From positions 15,460 through 79,459 of the forward strand of contig DASZWM010000002.1 in assembly GCA_035546615.1 (NCBI GenBank): a stretch of DNA of 64,000 nucleotides. Reading direction: 5' to 3'. Both the position numbers and the translations under genes were made by a program. Origin of the DNA: Minisyncoccota bacterium. Lineage in GTDB: Bacteria; Patescibacteriota; Minisyncoccia; Phycocordibacterales; SBAW01. The notes under the pieces were generated by a model. It was not told the origin of the DNA. It did no database searches and was given only the letters and a program-made list of their open reading frames with translations. Shown piece after piece: positions 1-9,376 of this stretch; the stretch's first letter is position 1; the number at the start of each line of letters is the position of its first letter.

Positions 1-111
1 CTGGCCGCCGATGGTTTCGGCGATAAAGACGGTCTTGAGCTTTTTGCGCGCCGCATAGACGCCGGCCGCCACACCGGCGGGTCCGCCGCCGACTATCGCA
101 AGGTCATACAT
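1..111 (-). CDS. trxB: thioredoxin-disulfide reductase-like flavoprotein, N-terminal fragment (gene runs off the window start)
   Basis: The reverse strand translates to MYDLAIVGGGPAGVAAGVYAARKKLKTVFIAETIGGQ, a Rossmann GxGxxG FAD motif typical of TrxB N-termini. ATG at 109-111. Confidence 0.55.
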   Translation of the reverse strand, partial: MYDLAIVGGGPAGVAAGVYAARKKLKTVFIAETIGGQ

Positions 112-154
112 ATTGTGATTTTATCACAAATCCCGCCTTTCGGCGGGATTGTTC

Positions 155-1351
155 CTACTTCATTTTCGGCCTCCGGAGGAAGCTGGGCACCGCGCCCCAG
201 TCGTCGTCTTCCTTGTCCTCCGCCTTCGGCTTGGCCTCCGCGGGCTCCTTTATGGGCATGCTTGGAGCGTTGTATATCTTGCCGATGGGCTGGGCGTCCG
301 CGTCCTTGTCCTTGGCGAAGGTAAACAGCGGCGTGCCGCGGGGATTGATGCCAACCGCCGGGAAGCCGGTCGCGATGACGGTCACGCGTATCTCGTTCTT
401 CTTGAGCTTCTCGTCGCGCGTTGCGCCGAAGATAATCTTCGCGTTCGGGTCAACCGATTCCGTGATTATCTTGGCGGCCTCATGCACCTCTACCATGCCC
501 AGGTCCTCGCCGCCGGCGATGGCGAAGAGTACGCCCTTGGCGCCGTTGATGGAAAGCTCCAGAAGGGGGGAAGAGACCGCCGCCTTTGCAGCCGCCTGGG
601 CGCGGTTCTCGCCGGAGGCGATGCCGATGCCCATGAGCGCGGAGCCGGAGTTCTCCATGACCGCGCGCACGTCGGCGAAGTCCACGTTGATGATGCCGGG
701 ATTGGTGATGAGGTCGGAAATGCCCTCGACGGCCTGCTTGAGCACGTCGTCGCACATGGCGAATGCCTGCTTGAGCGTGGTCTCTTTGGCTACGGTTGCG
801 AGCAAACGGTCGTTGGGGATTACGATAAGCGCGTCAACCTCCTTGCGCAGCTCGTCGAGGCCGGCCTCAGCCAAGCGAAGGCGCTGCTGGCCTTCGAATG
901 AGAAGGGCTTTGTAACGACGCCCACTGTGAGCGCGCCGAGTTCCTTGGCGGTCTTTGCGACCACGGGCGCCGCGCCGGTGCCGGTGCCGCCGCCCATGCC
1001 GCACGCGATGAAGACCATGTCGGAACCCTTGAGCGCCTGCTGGATCTCCTCCTTGGTCTCGTCGGCCGCGCGCTTGCCGAGCTCGGGGTTCATACCGGTG
1101 CCGAGGCCCCGGGTCAGGTTCTTGCCGATGTGTATCTTCTTCTTGGCGCCCGAGTTGTGGAGGTCCTGCGCGTCGGTGTTGACGGCGATGAAATCCACGC
1201 CGCGCACCTTGCTTTCGACCATGTGGTTGACGGCGTTCTTGCCGGAGCCCCCGACGCCGACGACGCGGATGCGGGCGAACGCTTCGATTTCCGGTTGTAT
1301 CTGGGGCATAGGTAAAAGTAGTGGATTTCTGGTAAGTCTTGCGTCCACCAC
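155..1351 (-). CDS. ftsZ: cell division GTPase FtsZ
   Basis: Tubulin signature [35 protein letters not shown] and a C-terminal conserved peptide PSFLRRP. The start may be an internal Met at about 1309. Confidence 0.95.
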   Translation of the reverse strand: MVDARLTRNPLLLPMPQIQPEIEAFARIRVVGVGGSGKNAVNHMVESKVRGVDFIAVNTDAQDLHNSGAKKKIHIGKNLTRGLGTGMNPELGKRAADETKEEIQQALKGSDMVFIACGMGGGTGTGAAPVVAKTAKELGALTVGVVTKPFSFEGQQRLRLAEAGLDELRKEVDALIVIPNDRLLATVAKETTLKQAFAMCDDVLKQAVEGISDLITNPGIINVDFADVRAVMENSGSALMGIGIASGENRAQAAAKAAVSSPLLELSINGAKGVLFAIAGGEDLGMVEVHEAAKIITESVDPNAKIIFGATRDEKLKKNEIRVTVIATGFPAVGINPRGTPLFTFAKDKDADAQPIGKIYNAPSMPIKEPAEAKPKAEDKEDDDWGAVPSFLRRPKMK

Positions 1352-1428
1352 TATACCACTTATGGAGCTATTGCAAACTTTGACTTTTTTGCCTTTCGTT
1401 TCCCGCGGCCTAAAGCGTTTCTATAGCC

Positions 1429-2607
1429 CTACGGAAGGAATTTTTTGAACCAGCGCACGAATATCCGGAAGAGGTCGCGCAGGCCCGCGCCGGCGCCCGG
1501 CTCGGCTTCTTCGCCCTGGGTAAAGCCCCAAATAGTGAGGCCATACGCCACGGCCCACGAGCCGTCCTTCAAGTGCACTTTGGAGCCGACGCCTTCCTGA
1601 AGCGACGCGACGCGCGAAGGGAGCCGGAGCACGGCCTTGGCGAGGTCGGACACGGTCTGTATGGAAGAGCCGCCGCCGGTGAGCACGACACCCGCGGGCA
1701 GGAGCTCGTTCTTGCCTATTTTCTTGAGCTGCGCCTCGACCAGCTTGAACATGTCGGAGACGCGGCGCGAAATGAGGTCGTCGATTTTGCGCTGCGGGAA
1801 GGTGGAGCCCAGCACGACGCCCTGCTTGAGCTGCTCCGCGTCCTCGGGGCTGATGCGCAGGCCGAGCGCCAGGTCGTTGGTGATGTCGGCGGCGCCGACG
1901 GGGAACACGCGCATGGAAATGGGGATGCCGTCCTCGAACACGATTATGGAAAGGGTTTCGGAACCGATATTGGCAAGCACGCAGCCCACGCGCTTCTGCA
2001 TTTTGGAAAGGGCGACGAAGCTGGCGGCAAGCGGCGAGGCTGCGACGTCCTCCACCTCGATGCCTGCTTCCTCGGTGGCGGCGACAAGATCGTTCACATG
2101 GCGCTCAAGGCAGGTAATAAAGAGAGCCTCGGCGGAGAGCCGCTGACCCTTGAGCCCGGCAGGGCTGCGGCCCATGACGCGCACGCCGTCCACCGAGTAG
2201 CGCAAGGGAATCGTATGGAGCACTTTGCGGTTAAGGAGCGCCGCGGGCGACAGCCCGCTTTCGGCCGCCGACAGCACGCGCGCGATATCGCGGCCGGTCA
2301 CTTCGGAGTCGCCGCGCTCGATGACGGTTTCGCCGCGCGCGAACGCCTCGTCCAGCCCGACGCCGCCGATGCCTAAGTACGCGCGCTTCACCTTAACCTG
2401 TGCCGCCTTGCTGGCCTGCGCTACCGCCGCGGCAATGGAGCGCGAGACTTCCGGGATGGAAATGATATAGCCCTGCTTCATGCCGCGGCTCTCGGCATAG
2501 CCCGTGCCGAGTATCTGCGGCGCTTCGCGGGAAAGTCCCTGGTGCGCGGCGATGACTACCTTAACTTGATAGGTGCCGACGTCTATTCCCGTGACTATTT
2601 TTTGCAT
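1429..2607 (-). CDS. ftsA: cell division protein FtsA (actin-like ATPase)
   Basis: N-terminus MQKIVTGIDVGTYQVKVVIA is an actin-fold phosphate-1 motif. It sits directly upstream of ftsZ on the same strand. Start set at the ATG at 2605-2607; it overlaps the ybeY 3' end by about 47 nt. Confidence 0.9.
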   Translation of the reverse strand: MQKIVTGIDVGTYQVKVVIAAHQGLSREAPQILGTGYAESRGMKQGYIISIPEVSRSIAAAVAQASKAAQVKVKRAYLGIGGVGLDEAFARGETVIERGDSEVTGRDIARVLSAAESGLSPAALLNRKVLHTIPLRYSVDGVRVMGRSPAGLKGQRLSAEALFITCLERHVNDLVAATEEAGIEVEDVAASPLAASFVALSKMQKRVGCVLANIGSETLSIIVFEDGIPISMRVFPVGAADITNDLALGLRISPEDAEQLKQGVVLGSTFPQRKIDDLISRRVSDMFKLVEAQLKKIGKNELLPAGVVLTGGGSSIQTVSDLAKAVLRLPSRVASLQEGVGSKVHLKDGSWAVAYGLTIWGFTQGEEAEPGAGAGLRDLFRIFVRWFKKFLP

Positions 2608-2959
2608 ACGGTATGAAGCGCTCGAGCATGCGGGTCTCGAATCGCTCCATTGTAGCACCATGTTTGTGGCCTTTCAGATGAAGGGCGCCGTGGATAAAGA
2701 GGTAGGGCAGGCTAAAAGGCTTCGCGGCGGCCGGGCACAGGAGTATTTCGCCGGAGTTTTTTGAAAGGGGGAATGAGAGGACGTTGGAGACGTGGTCCTT
2801 CTTTTTCGTCGCAATAGTTATGCGGCGCATCTCGGCGGCCGGGATATATGCGACCGAAAGCTCGTAGTTCTTGCCTAAAATAGCATCCTTAATAGACGAG
2901 AAAAGCGCGCGGGGCATCCGCGCGCGCGTTTTGTTTGAAAAAGATACGGTGTCCCGCAT
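2561..2959 (-). CDS. ybeY: rRNA maturation endoribonuclease YbeY
   Basis: HGALHLKGHKH matches the YbeY H3xH5xH zinc motif, and VLSFPL is conserved upstream of it. Confidence 0.8.
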   Translation of the reverse strand: MRDTVSFSNKTRARMPRALFSSIKDAILGKNYELSVAYIPAAEMRRITIATKKKDHVSNVLSFPLSKNSGEILLCPAAAKPFSLPYLFIHGALHLKGHKHGATMERFETRMLERFIPYAKNSHGNRRRHLSS

Positions 2960-2969
2960 CGAGAGGAGA

Positions 2970-3227
2970 TTAGCGGCGCGGACGGCGCTCGCCGGGCATG
3001 CGCTCCACCAGTTTGCCGAGCTTGATGAGTTCCTGTATTTCCTCGCGGCGCTTAATAGCCTTGAGCGCGTGCTTGCGGACTACCGCGGGGGACTTAACGC
3101 GGGCGCGGTAGCGGCGGGCGCGCATGCGGATGAGCACCTGCGCGCCTTGCACGCGCTTCGTAAAGCGGCGGATAAGATTTACCGCCGATTCGCCCTCGTT
3201 CTTCTGGACCTCCGCATTTACTGCCAT
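2970..3227 (-). CDS. rpsU: 30S ribosomal protein S21-like
   Basis: An 85-aa basic protein. NLIRRFTKRVQGAQVLIRMRARRYRARVKSP resembles the S21 core. Confidence 0.55.
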   Translation of the reverse strand: MAVNAEVQKNEGESAVNLIRRFTKRVQGAQVLIRMRARRYRARVKSPAVVRKHALKAIKRREEIQELIKLGKLVERMPGERRPRR

Positions 3228-3258
3228 GTGTGATGCCTAGAATAGCACGCGGGGGGCC

Positions 3259-4422
3259 CTAACGCAAGGTGCGCAGGAAGCGGGGGACTTCGTTGACGCT
3301 GATTATGTGCTGGGAGCTGTTGCGGGTGGAACGGACGATGACCGTGCCGTCAAGCGCCTCGCGCTGGCCCATGATAAGGAGGTAGGGGACGCCGAGCTCT
3401 GCCGCGGCGGAGAGCTGCATCGAGAGCCGGCTGGCATCGAAGGACTGCAGCACCGGCACGTGCGCCGCGCGCAGCATATCCACGACCGCCAGGCCCTGCA
3501 GCTTGGCGCGCAGGCCGAGCTGGGCGAAATAGATCTTCGGCTTTATAGCAGGCGCGACGGTGGCGAAGTTCTGCTTGGAAACGCCTTTCTTGCGGAAGAA
3601 GATGCTCGCGCCCACGCCGGTTGAGTCCTTGCGGTGGCTTTCGCGCTTGAGGTACTCGTCATAGCGGCCGCCGAGCGCGCCCACGATAGTGGCGTCGTCT
3701 TCTTTGAAATCGAGCGCGAAGGCGATATGGGGGCCGCGCTCGTCGCCGCCCAAGAGGTCGTCGAGCTGATAGGGGATGCCAAGCTGCTCCAGATGCTCGA
3801 GCACGGAGCGGAAATGCACGCGGCTCTTTTCAGAAAGGAAGTGCATCGGCCGCGGACCGCCCTCAAGCAATGCCGTTATCTCCGGCGAGTGCAGGCGATA
3901 GACGGAGAACGGGTCGTCCATCACGCCTTTGCGCGCGGCTTCCTCGAACTGGTCGAGGTTGCGGCGCAGGTAGCTTCCGAGCTCGCGCCCGAAGCGCTGC
4001 TGGCTGTCGCGGTCGCCGAGTGCGTTGACGCGCACGCGCTCAACCTCGCTGCCCCATTCGGTGGCCACCATCGTTATGGTCTTGAGCAGGACTATTTCGC
4101 CGACGCTCTCCGGCGTGCCGATGACCTGGAGGCCGAACTCGCCCACGTCGCGCGGCGACATCCCGCCGGGCACGTGGCTGGGGGCGGGCGTAGCATAAAA
4201 TCCCAGTATCGGGTCCTGCGGCCGCGCGGCCGCGCGCATGGCGCCGAGCAATGCCGCGCTTTGGAACGAGTACACGCCCTGTGTACGGCGGTTGCCGACC
4301 TTCGCCTCGATGTGGCGCATATGGTCGCGCTCTATCTCGCGCATGGGGCGGAAGCCGTAGAACGACGCCACTTCCGACGCGTGCTTCAGGAACGATATCG
4401 GCGATGTTCGGGAGGTACTCAT
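3259..4422 (-). CDS. histidyl-tRNA synthetase-like class II aaRS (divergent, short N-terminus)
   Basis: GGRYDEYL resembles HisRS motif 3 and DPFSVYRLHSPE the HisA region. The C-terminal anticodon-binding domain is present (PYLLIMGQREALDGTVIVRS). Motif 1/2 region is weak. Confidence 0.55.
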   Translation of the reverse strand: MSTSRTSPISFLKHASEVASFYGFRPMREIERDHMRHIEAKVGNRRTQGVYSFQSAALLGAMRAAARPQDPILGFYATPAPSHVPGGMSPRDVGEFGLQVIGTPESVGEIVLLKTITMVATEWGSEVERVRVNALGDRDSQQRFGRELGSYLRRNLDQFEEAARKGVMDDPFSVYRLHSPEITALLEGGPRPMHFLSEKSRVHFRSVLEHLEQLGIPYQLDDLLGGDERGPHIAFALDFKEDDATIVGALGGRYDEYLKRESHRKDSTGVGASIFFRKKGVSKQNFATVAPAIKPKIYFAQLGLRAKLQGLAVVDMLRAAHVPVLQSFDASRLSMQLSAAAELGVPYLLIMGQREALDGTVIVRSTRNSSQHIISVNEVPRFLRTLR

Positions 4423-4434
4423 GCGTGGCAGCTG

Positions 4435-5016
4435 CTATTGCGACGAAAGGCTTCCGGGGAAAAGGCCGAGTTCCTGGACGGGGAGAAGCCGCACGAACGC
4501 GCGGCCGACGATATCGGCGCGCGGCAGCACGCCCCAGATGCGCGAATCGGAGCTCTCGGGCCGGTTGTCGCCCATGACGAAATACTCGCCGGCCTTGAGC
4601 GTGACGCTCATGTCGCCGCCGTTGCCCTGATGCGTGACATAGGATTCGTCCGGCGTGAGGATATTGCCGTTGGTCATCACCACAGACACTACTCCGCGCT
4701 GTATGCGCACGGTCTCTCCCGGAAGCCCGATGACGCGCTTGATGAAATACTGGGTCGGGTCCTTCGGATAGCGGAAAATGACGACATCGCCGCGCGCGGG
4801 CTCCTCGAACCGGTAGGAAAGCTCGTCGACGATAAGGTACTGGCCCGTCTCAAAGGTCGGCACCATCGACGCTCCCGAGACGATGAACGGTTTCGCGATG
4901 AAAAGTCGGACCGGAACGACGATGACGATTGCGATGAGTGCGAATTTCAGGAGTTCGATGAAAAAATTTTCACGTTTCTCCTCTTGCATACCGAGTATTG
5001 TACATCCGCCGTGCAT
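4435..5016 (-). CDS. lepB: signal peptidase I
   Basis: Catalytic Ser box SGASMVPT, a K box IKRVIGLPGE, and GDNRPESSDSRIWG. Confidence 0.9.
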   Translation of the reverse strand: MHGGCTILGMQEEKRENFFIELLKFALIAIVIVVPVRLFIAKPFIVSGASMVPTFETGQYLIVDELSYRFEEPARGDVVIFRYPKDPTQYFIKRVIGLPGETVRIQRGVVSVVMTNGNILTPDESYVTHQGNGGDMSVTLKAGEYFVMGDNRPESSDSRIWGVLPRADIVGRAFVRLLPVQELGLFPGSLSSQ

Positions 5017-5213
5017 TGATGCAAGCCCCGCACTGAAAATTGGCGTTGTTCATTTTGCAAAACCGTGTCATGAGGTGGTATGCGAGCGTGCAGGCGTCAA
5101 AAAATGGCGATTATCGGGAGATGAACATGTTTTGCGACGCCAATTACTAGTGTCGGGGCAAGCGCAAATGCGTTTTCTCGTGCGTTTTTTGCCGCCGTGC
5201 TATAGTTTTCGGC

Positions 5214-5744
5214 ATGCAGTGGATAGTCGCAGGCCTTGGAAATCCCGGCGAAGAGTACGTCGGCACGCGCCACAATGCGGGCCGCGACTTTTTGCATGCG
5301 TTTGAGGACAAATTGCCGAAGAACGTGAAGGCGATAACACCCGATGTCTACATGAACAACTCCGGCGGGCCGCTCAAGAAGCTTATTCCCTCCAAAAAGG
5401 CGGCCGAGAGGCTCATTGTGCTTCATGACGAGCTCGACTTGCCGGTCGGGCGCATCAAAATCTCCTATGGCTCATCCGCCGGCGGCCACAACGGCGTCAA
5501 ATCGGTACAAGCGGCGCTCAAAACGCAGGATTTCACGCGCATCCGCATCGGCATTTCTCCTTCAACCCCTTCCGGCAAGCTGAAGCGCCCTCAAGGCGCA
5601 AAGATAGTGGACTTCGTACTCGGCAAATTCAAGCCCGCCGACCAGGAGAAACTCAAGAAGGTCCGCAAGACGGTGCTTGAGGCTATCGAACTGATAGTAA
5701 AAGACGGCGTCCAGGCCGCGATGATGGAGATACATTCGCGGTAG
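5214..5744 (+). CDS. pth: peptidyl-tRNA hydrolase
   Basis: Canonical Pth N-terminus MQWIVAGLGNPGEEYVGTRHNAG. Confidence 0.92.
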   Translation: MQWIVAGLGNPGEEYVGTRHNAGRDFLHAFEDKLPKNVKAITPDVYMNNSGGPLKKLIPSKKAAERLIVLHDELDLPVGRIKISYGSSAGGHNGVKSVQAALKTQDFTRIRIGISPSTPSGKLKRPQGAKIVDFVLGKFKPADQEKLKKVRKTVLEAIELIVKDGVQAAMMEIHSR

Positions 5745-5823
5745 ACGCGCCCGGGGCTTTTTGTATACTCGCAAAGGAATCCCGTCTGCTGTAGCCGGGA
5801 TGTAAAGCGCAAGGAGGCGGCAT

Positions 5824-6225
5824 ATGCGCCCGCGAGTGCTTATTGCAGACGAAGACGACAAGACACTAGCAGTGGCGGGAAGCCTGCTCAAGGAAGCAGG
5901 CATGGAATTCGTCCTGGCAAGAACCGGCAGGTCGGCTCTCAAGGCGGCGCAAAACGTCTTCGACCTTATCATCACCGAATGCGAGATCGAATTCGACCCT
6001 GCGAAGTCTCCAGGCGAAAAAATAAACCTGCTTGAGGCGTACAAGACAGCGTGCATCGCGACGCCCATCGTCCTGTATACGGCTCTCGAACATTCCTCCG
6101 TGATCGTCTCGGCGGCTGGCAGCCAACTCCCTCTGGTGAAGCAGATACTCCGCAAGCCGCTCGCGCTCAAGGAACCGCAGAACTTCCTGACTGCGGTCCG
6201 CGCGACGCTGATCGTGTCGTTGTAG
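5824..6225 (+). CDS. stand-alone response regulator receiver domain (CheY-like)
   Basis: Acidic pocket IADEDD, a phospho-Asp position in FDLIIT, a conserved T, and the K in LRKPL. Confidence 0.55.
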   Translation: MRPRVLIADEDDKTLAVAGSLLKEAGMEFVLARTGRSALKAAQNVFDLIITECEIEFDPAKSPGEKINLLEAYKTACIATPIVLYTALEHSSVIVSAAGSQLPLVKQILRKPLALKEPQNFLTAVRATLIVSL

Positions 6226-6288
6226 GTAAAACGAATCGCCCGCCGGAGGAACTCCGGCGGGCGATTGTTGCGTTAGTTTTTCACGGAA

Positions 6289-7410
6289 TTACTTCTTATC
6301 TCCGGCGAATGCCAGCGCCATGCGCATGTCCTTCGGCTCGAAGAGGGAAATGGTAAACGGGTAGCGCTTGCCGAGCTCGAGGCTTGCGCGGAGCTTTTCT
6401 TCGCTCCCGAACTCGCTGACGTGCACGAGGCCCGCGATGCCTTCCTCAATGGATGCGAGCGCGCCGTGCTTGTTGAACTTGATGACGACGCCCTCAACCT
6501 TATCGCCCTTGTTGTATTTGCCGGAGGCGACCTGCCACGGGTTTTCCTTGAGCTGTTTTGCGGAAAGGGATATTTTGCCGTCCTTGATGTCGATTATTTT
6601 CACCTTCACCTTGTCGCCGACCTTGTAGAAGTGGCGGGGATCGTCAACGAGGCCCCAGTCGATCTCGGAAATGTGGACCAGGCCTTCGAGGCCTTCCTCA
6701 AGCTTCACGAAGACGCCGAAGTCAACCATACCGGTCACCTCGCCCTCTACCGTGTCGCCGACCGCGTAAGACGCAATGAGCTCGCGCTTTTCCTTATCGT
6801 CAACGCCCTTCTCGGAGAATATCAGCTTGCCTTCCTTCGGGGTTGCGGAAATGATGGAAACGATAAGGCGGGTGCCCACCAGCTTGCGCAGCTCGTCGAG
6901 GATCTTGTCCTTGTCGCCGTCTACGACGCGCGGATAGTGCTCGGCTTTAAGCTGGCTGGCGGGGAGGAAGCCGGCGATGCCCTGCCACTCAAGTATGAGT
7001 CCGCCCTTGTTGGCTTCCTTAACCAGTATCTCCACCTGGCGCTTCTCCTTGACGGCAAGCTCGGCCTCGGCCCAGATGAGCGCCTGGCGCGCCTCCTTGA
7101 GGGAAAGCTCGATGTAGCCTTCTTTGCTGTCGGTCGAGATGACCTTGGCGGCGATGCGGTCGCCGACGTTCGTGCGCTTGATGACCTCGCGCGCGTTGAG
7201 GTATTCGCGGCCGAAGATGACGCCGGTGCCGAACGGAGGGAGGTCGATGTAGAGGCGCGCGCGGTCAAGAGCAATGACCGGACCCTCGACGATGTCTCCC
7301 GGCTGGGGAGGGGTAGGAGCACGCTCCATAAGCCCTGCCATGATGGTCGGGGCGGCTGCAGAATCTTCGATCTGGGACGCGTCTAAGACGGCCTCTTTTG
7401 CTTTTGCCAT
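6289..7410 (-). CDS. rpsA: 30S ribosomal protein S1 (short form, several S1 domains)
   Basis: Repeated S1 OB-fold motifs such as GDIVEGPVIALDRARLYIDL and VGDTVEGEVTGMVDFGVFVKL...GLVHISEI. Confidence 0.85.
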   Translation of the reverse strand: MAKAKEAVLDASQIEDSAAAPTIMAGLMERAPTPPQPGDIVEGPVIALDRARLYIDLPPFGTGVIFGREYLNAREVIKRTNVGDRIAAKVISTDSKEGYIELSLKEARQALIWAEAELAVKEKRQVEILVKEANKGGLILEWQGIAGFLPASQLKAEHYPRVVDGDKDKILDELRKLVGTRLIVSIISATPKEGKLIFSEKGVDDKEKRELIASYAVGDTVEGEVTGMVDFGVFVKLEEGLEGLVHISEIDWGLVDDPRHFYKVGDKVKVKIIDIKDGKISLSAKQLKENPWQVASGKYNKGDKVEGVVIKFNKHGALASIEEGIAGLVHVSEFGSEEKLRASLELGKRYPFTISLFEPKDMRMALAFAGDKK

Positions 7411-7627
7411 AGTCTAGTGAAGTAAGCGAAGTAAAAACTTGTTTTTATTTCGGAACGAACGACGACTATATAAGTCGCCGAGACTTCTATAATTATTGTG
7501 TTGTACGGTGAGGCCTCCAGGTCGGAGATTAGTCTCACTCGCGCTAATAAAGGATAGCCCTTTATTGCTTGCACTATATATCAAAACTGCGTGAGGCGCA
7601 AGGCTCTGAATTAAAGAAGAAACCCCG

Positions 7628-7665
7628 CCCCAGCAATGCGCTGGAACGGGGCCTCGGCGCCAGCG
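7628..7665 (-). terminator. rho-independent terminator downstream of the 7687-8277 gene
   Basis: Minus-strand hairpin CCCCGttCCAGCG-cattg-CTGGggCGGGG followed by a T-rich run. Confidence 0.5.
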
Positions 7666-7686
7666 TGGGCCGCTGGTAACCGGAGA

Positions 7687-8277
7687 TCAGGAAGTGAGGA
7701 AGCCGAGCGGCATGTGCCCGACGCCGACGCCGTGAACGATGGCGCCCACCGTGTTGATGTCATTCGACGCGGCGACCAGCAGCGGGGGAGCGTGGCCGTG
7801 GCCGGCGCCCTTCTGCTTGTCGATGTCGAGGCCGTAGGCGTTCGAGATCGCGACGGTCCAGGTCGGAATGAGCGAGCCGGTGGCCGGGTAGGCCGCCGAA
7901 CCGTCGTTCCAGCCGCGGGACTTCACGAAGGCGACGTCGTAGATGCCGGCATGGCCGTCGATCACGCTCGGAATACGGTCGAGAATGACCCCGCCGTCAG
8001 CGACCTGGTCGATGTGCAGCGCGCCCTCCTTGAGGCCGAAGCCGCCGGTGATGGCGTACGTGTCGTCCAGCGCCGAGGCGGCCTTCAGAAGGTTCGGATT
8101 GCCGGTGATGTGGCCGATGACGAAGGCGTCGAAGGCGACCTGGTCGATGTCGAAATGTCCGCTATAGATACCCTTGTCGATCAGCGCGTGGCCGGGCGAC
8201 GAGCCGGCGAACGCGGCGGGAGCGGCGAGCAATGCGGCGGCAAACGATGCCGCAAGAGTCAGACGCAAGCTTTTCAT
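7687..8277 (-). CDS. secreted hypothetical protein with signal peptide
   Basis: N-terminal MKSLRLTLAASFAAALLAAPAAFA signal peptide; Gly/His-rich mature part. No recognised domain. Confidence 0.6.
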   Translation of the reverse strand: MKSLRLTLAASFAAALLAAPAAFAGSSPGHALIDKGIYSGHFDIDQVAFDAFVIGHITGNPNLLKAASALDDTYAITGGFGLKEGALHIDQVADGGVILDRIPSVIDGHAGIYDVAFVKSRGWNDGSAAYPATGSLIPTWTVAISNAYGLDIDKQKGAGHGHAPPLLVAASNDINTVGAIVHGVGVGHMPLGFLTS

Positions 8278-8439
8278 GCGCAGTCCTCCTGGTTGCAGTT
8301 CACTTCCAAATTGACGAATTACAGTTCCGCACTTGTCCTGGATTCAAGGTCCTGGCGTACGGAATACCAGCAGATAGTATGAAATCTTCACGTTTGTGTC
8401 AATATATGTTCTGAACAGGGTCAAAAAATAACAGTGCCC

Positions 8440-8465
8440 CGAGGCGGATTCCTCGGGGCGGGCGA
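8440..8465 (-). terminator. rho-independent terminator
   Basis: CCCCGAGGaatccgCCTCGGGG followed by TGTTATTTTTT on the minus strand. Confidence 0.5.
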
Positions 8466-8482
8466 ACAGATGCGAAACGGGG

Positions 8483-8872
8483 CTAGAAGCCCTCAACTTT
8501 CTTGTATTCCCGGTAGGCCGGGTCGTTGGGGTCAAAAGACGGCTTCTGCGGCTCGGGCGGATCGTCGCCGAGCGCGGCGTCCCGGCCAGTCTCCCCGCGA
8601 CGGCTGCCGTCGCCGAAGCCGCTTTCCGGATTGGGTGTCATATTGAACACCGAAGCGCCTTGCTGCGCCGTTGAGCGGTCGTCAGACATCGGCAATCCGC
8701 GCTGGTTGTGGGTTCCGGACATGTCGGCGTTCCCAACCATCCGTGCAGGGCCGGGGCCGCTGCCATTGGCGATCTCGCGAAGTTCTTCCATGCTTTCCCC
8801 GATATCGCAGATGCCGGGAATTGAGGTTCGGTCAGTGCCGCCGAAAGGGCCGGCGAATTTTGTAAGTCGCAT
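8483..8872 (-). CDS. hypothetical low-complexity protein
   Basis: ORF with a terminator immediately downstream; Gly/Pro/Asp-rich. Weak support. Confidence 0.35.
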   Translation of the reverse strand: MRLTKFAGPFGGTDRTSIPGICDIGESMEELREIANGSGPGPARMVGNADMSGTHNQRGLPMSDDRSTAQQGASVFNMTPNPESGFGDGSRRGETGRDAALGDDPPEPQKPSFDPNDPAYREYKKVEGF

Positions 8873-9366
8873 CTTACCTGCTCCCTAAGATTTTGGTTTG
8901 CCCGATAGGGCGGAACATAGCCTCGTCATCAGCCTTTGCGTATACGCGCAAAAGTTGGAGGTATCCGCTTACTGTAGCGCAAGGGGCGCGCTCTTTCAAA
9001 CAGAGTAATCCCCCGCCGCGCCTAAAAGCGCGCCGGGGGATATGGCTCACACTGAGCCTTTGTCTTCGCCTCGGCGTTTGCCGTCGGGGTATTTGTGGTC
9101 GATAGCGTGCGGGCGATAGACGTCCTTTTCGGGAAGCGGTGTTCGATCCGGCCGAAGGCTCGCGTGCTCCGGCCCGGCAGGCAGACTGGCGCGTGCCCGG
9201 GCGAGCGCCTCGTCTATTTTCCGCTCCCGTTCCTCTTCTTCTGTTTCTGTTCGCACTGTTCGTACTCCTCGTAACCGACTCCGCATCATACAACAAGGCG
9301 CGAATATGCAAAGTTCTGGGGCATCTGGGGGCGTTTTAAAGAGGCAAAATGCGGCAAAATATGCTA

Positions 9367-9372
9367 TACTAA
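9367..9372 (+). promoter_or_regulatory. -10-like TATACT box 4 nt upstream of the ATG at 9377 (leaderless-type)
   Basis: GCTATACTaaacgcATG, with no Shine-Dalgarno. Confidence 0.3.
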
Positions 9373-9376
9373 ACGC

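Noticed and set aside
213-1448. A 411-aa plus-strand ORF antisense to ftsZ.
   Set aside because: The translation is low-complexity and rich in Ser, Ala and Pro, as expected for a shadow ORF opposite a high-GC gene. The opposite strand encodes an unmistakable FtsZ.
3634-5019. A 461-aa plus-strand ORF spanning the hisS-like and lepB loci.
   Set aside because: It is antisense to two well-supported genes and its composition is Arg/Ala/His-rich.
8874-9311. A 145-aa Arg-rich minus-strand ORF in the long intergenic region.
   Set aside because: Extreme Arg/Pro/Gly bias, no start context and no terminator. Probably non-coding.
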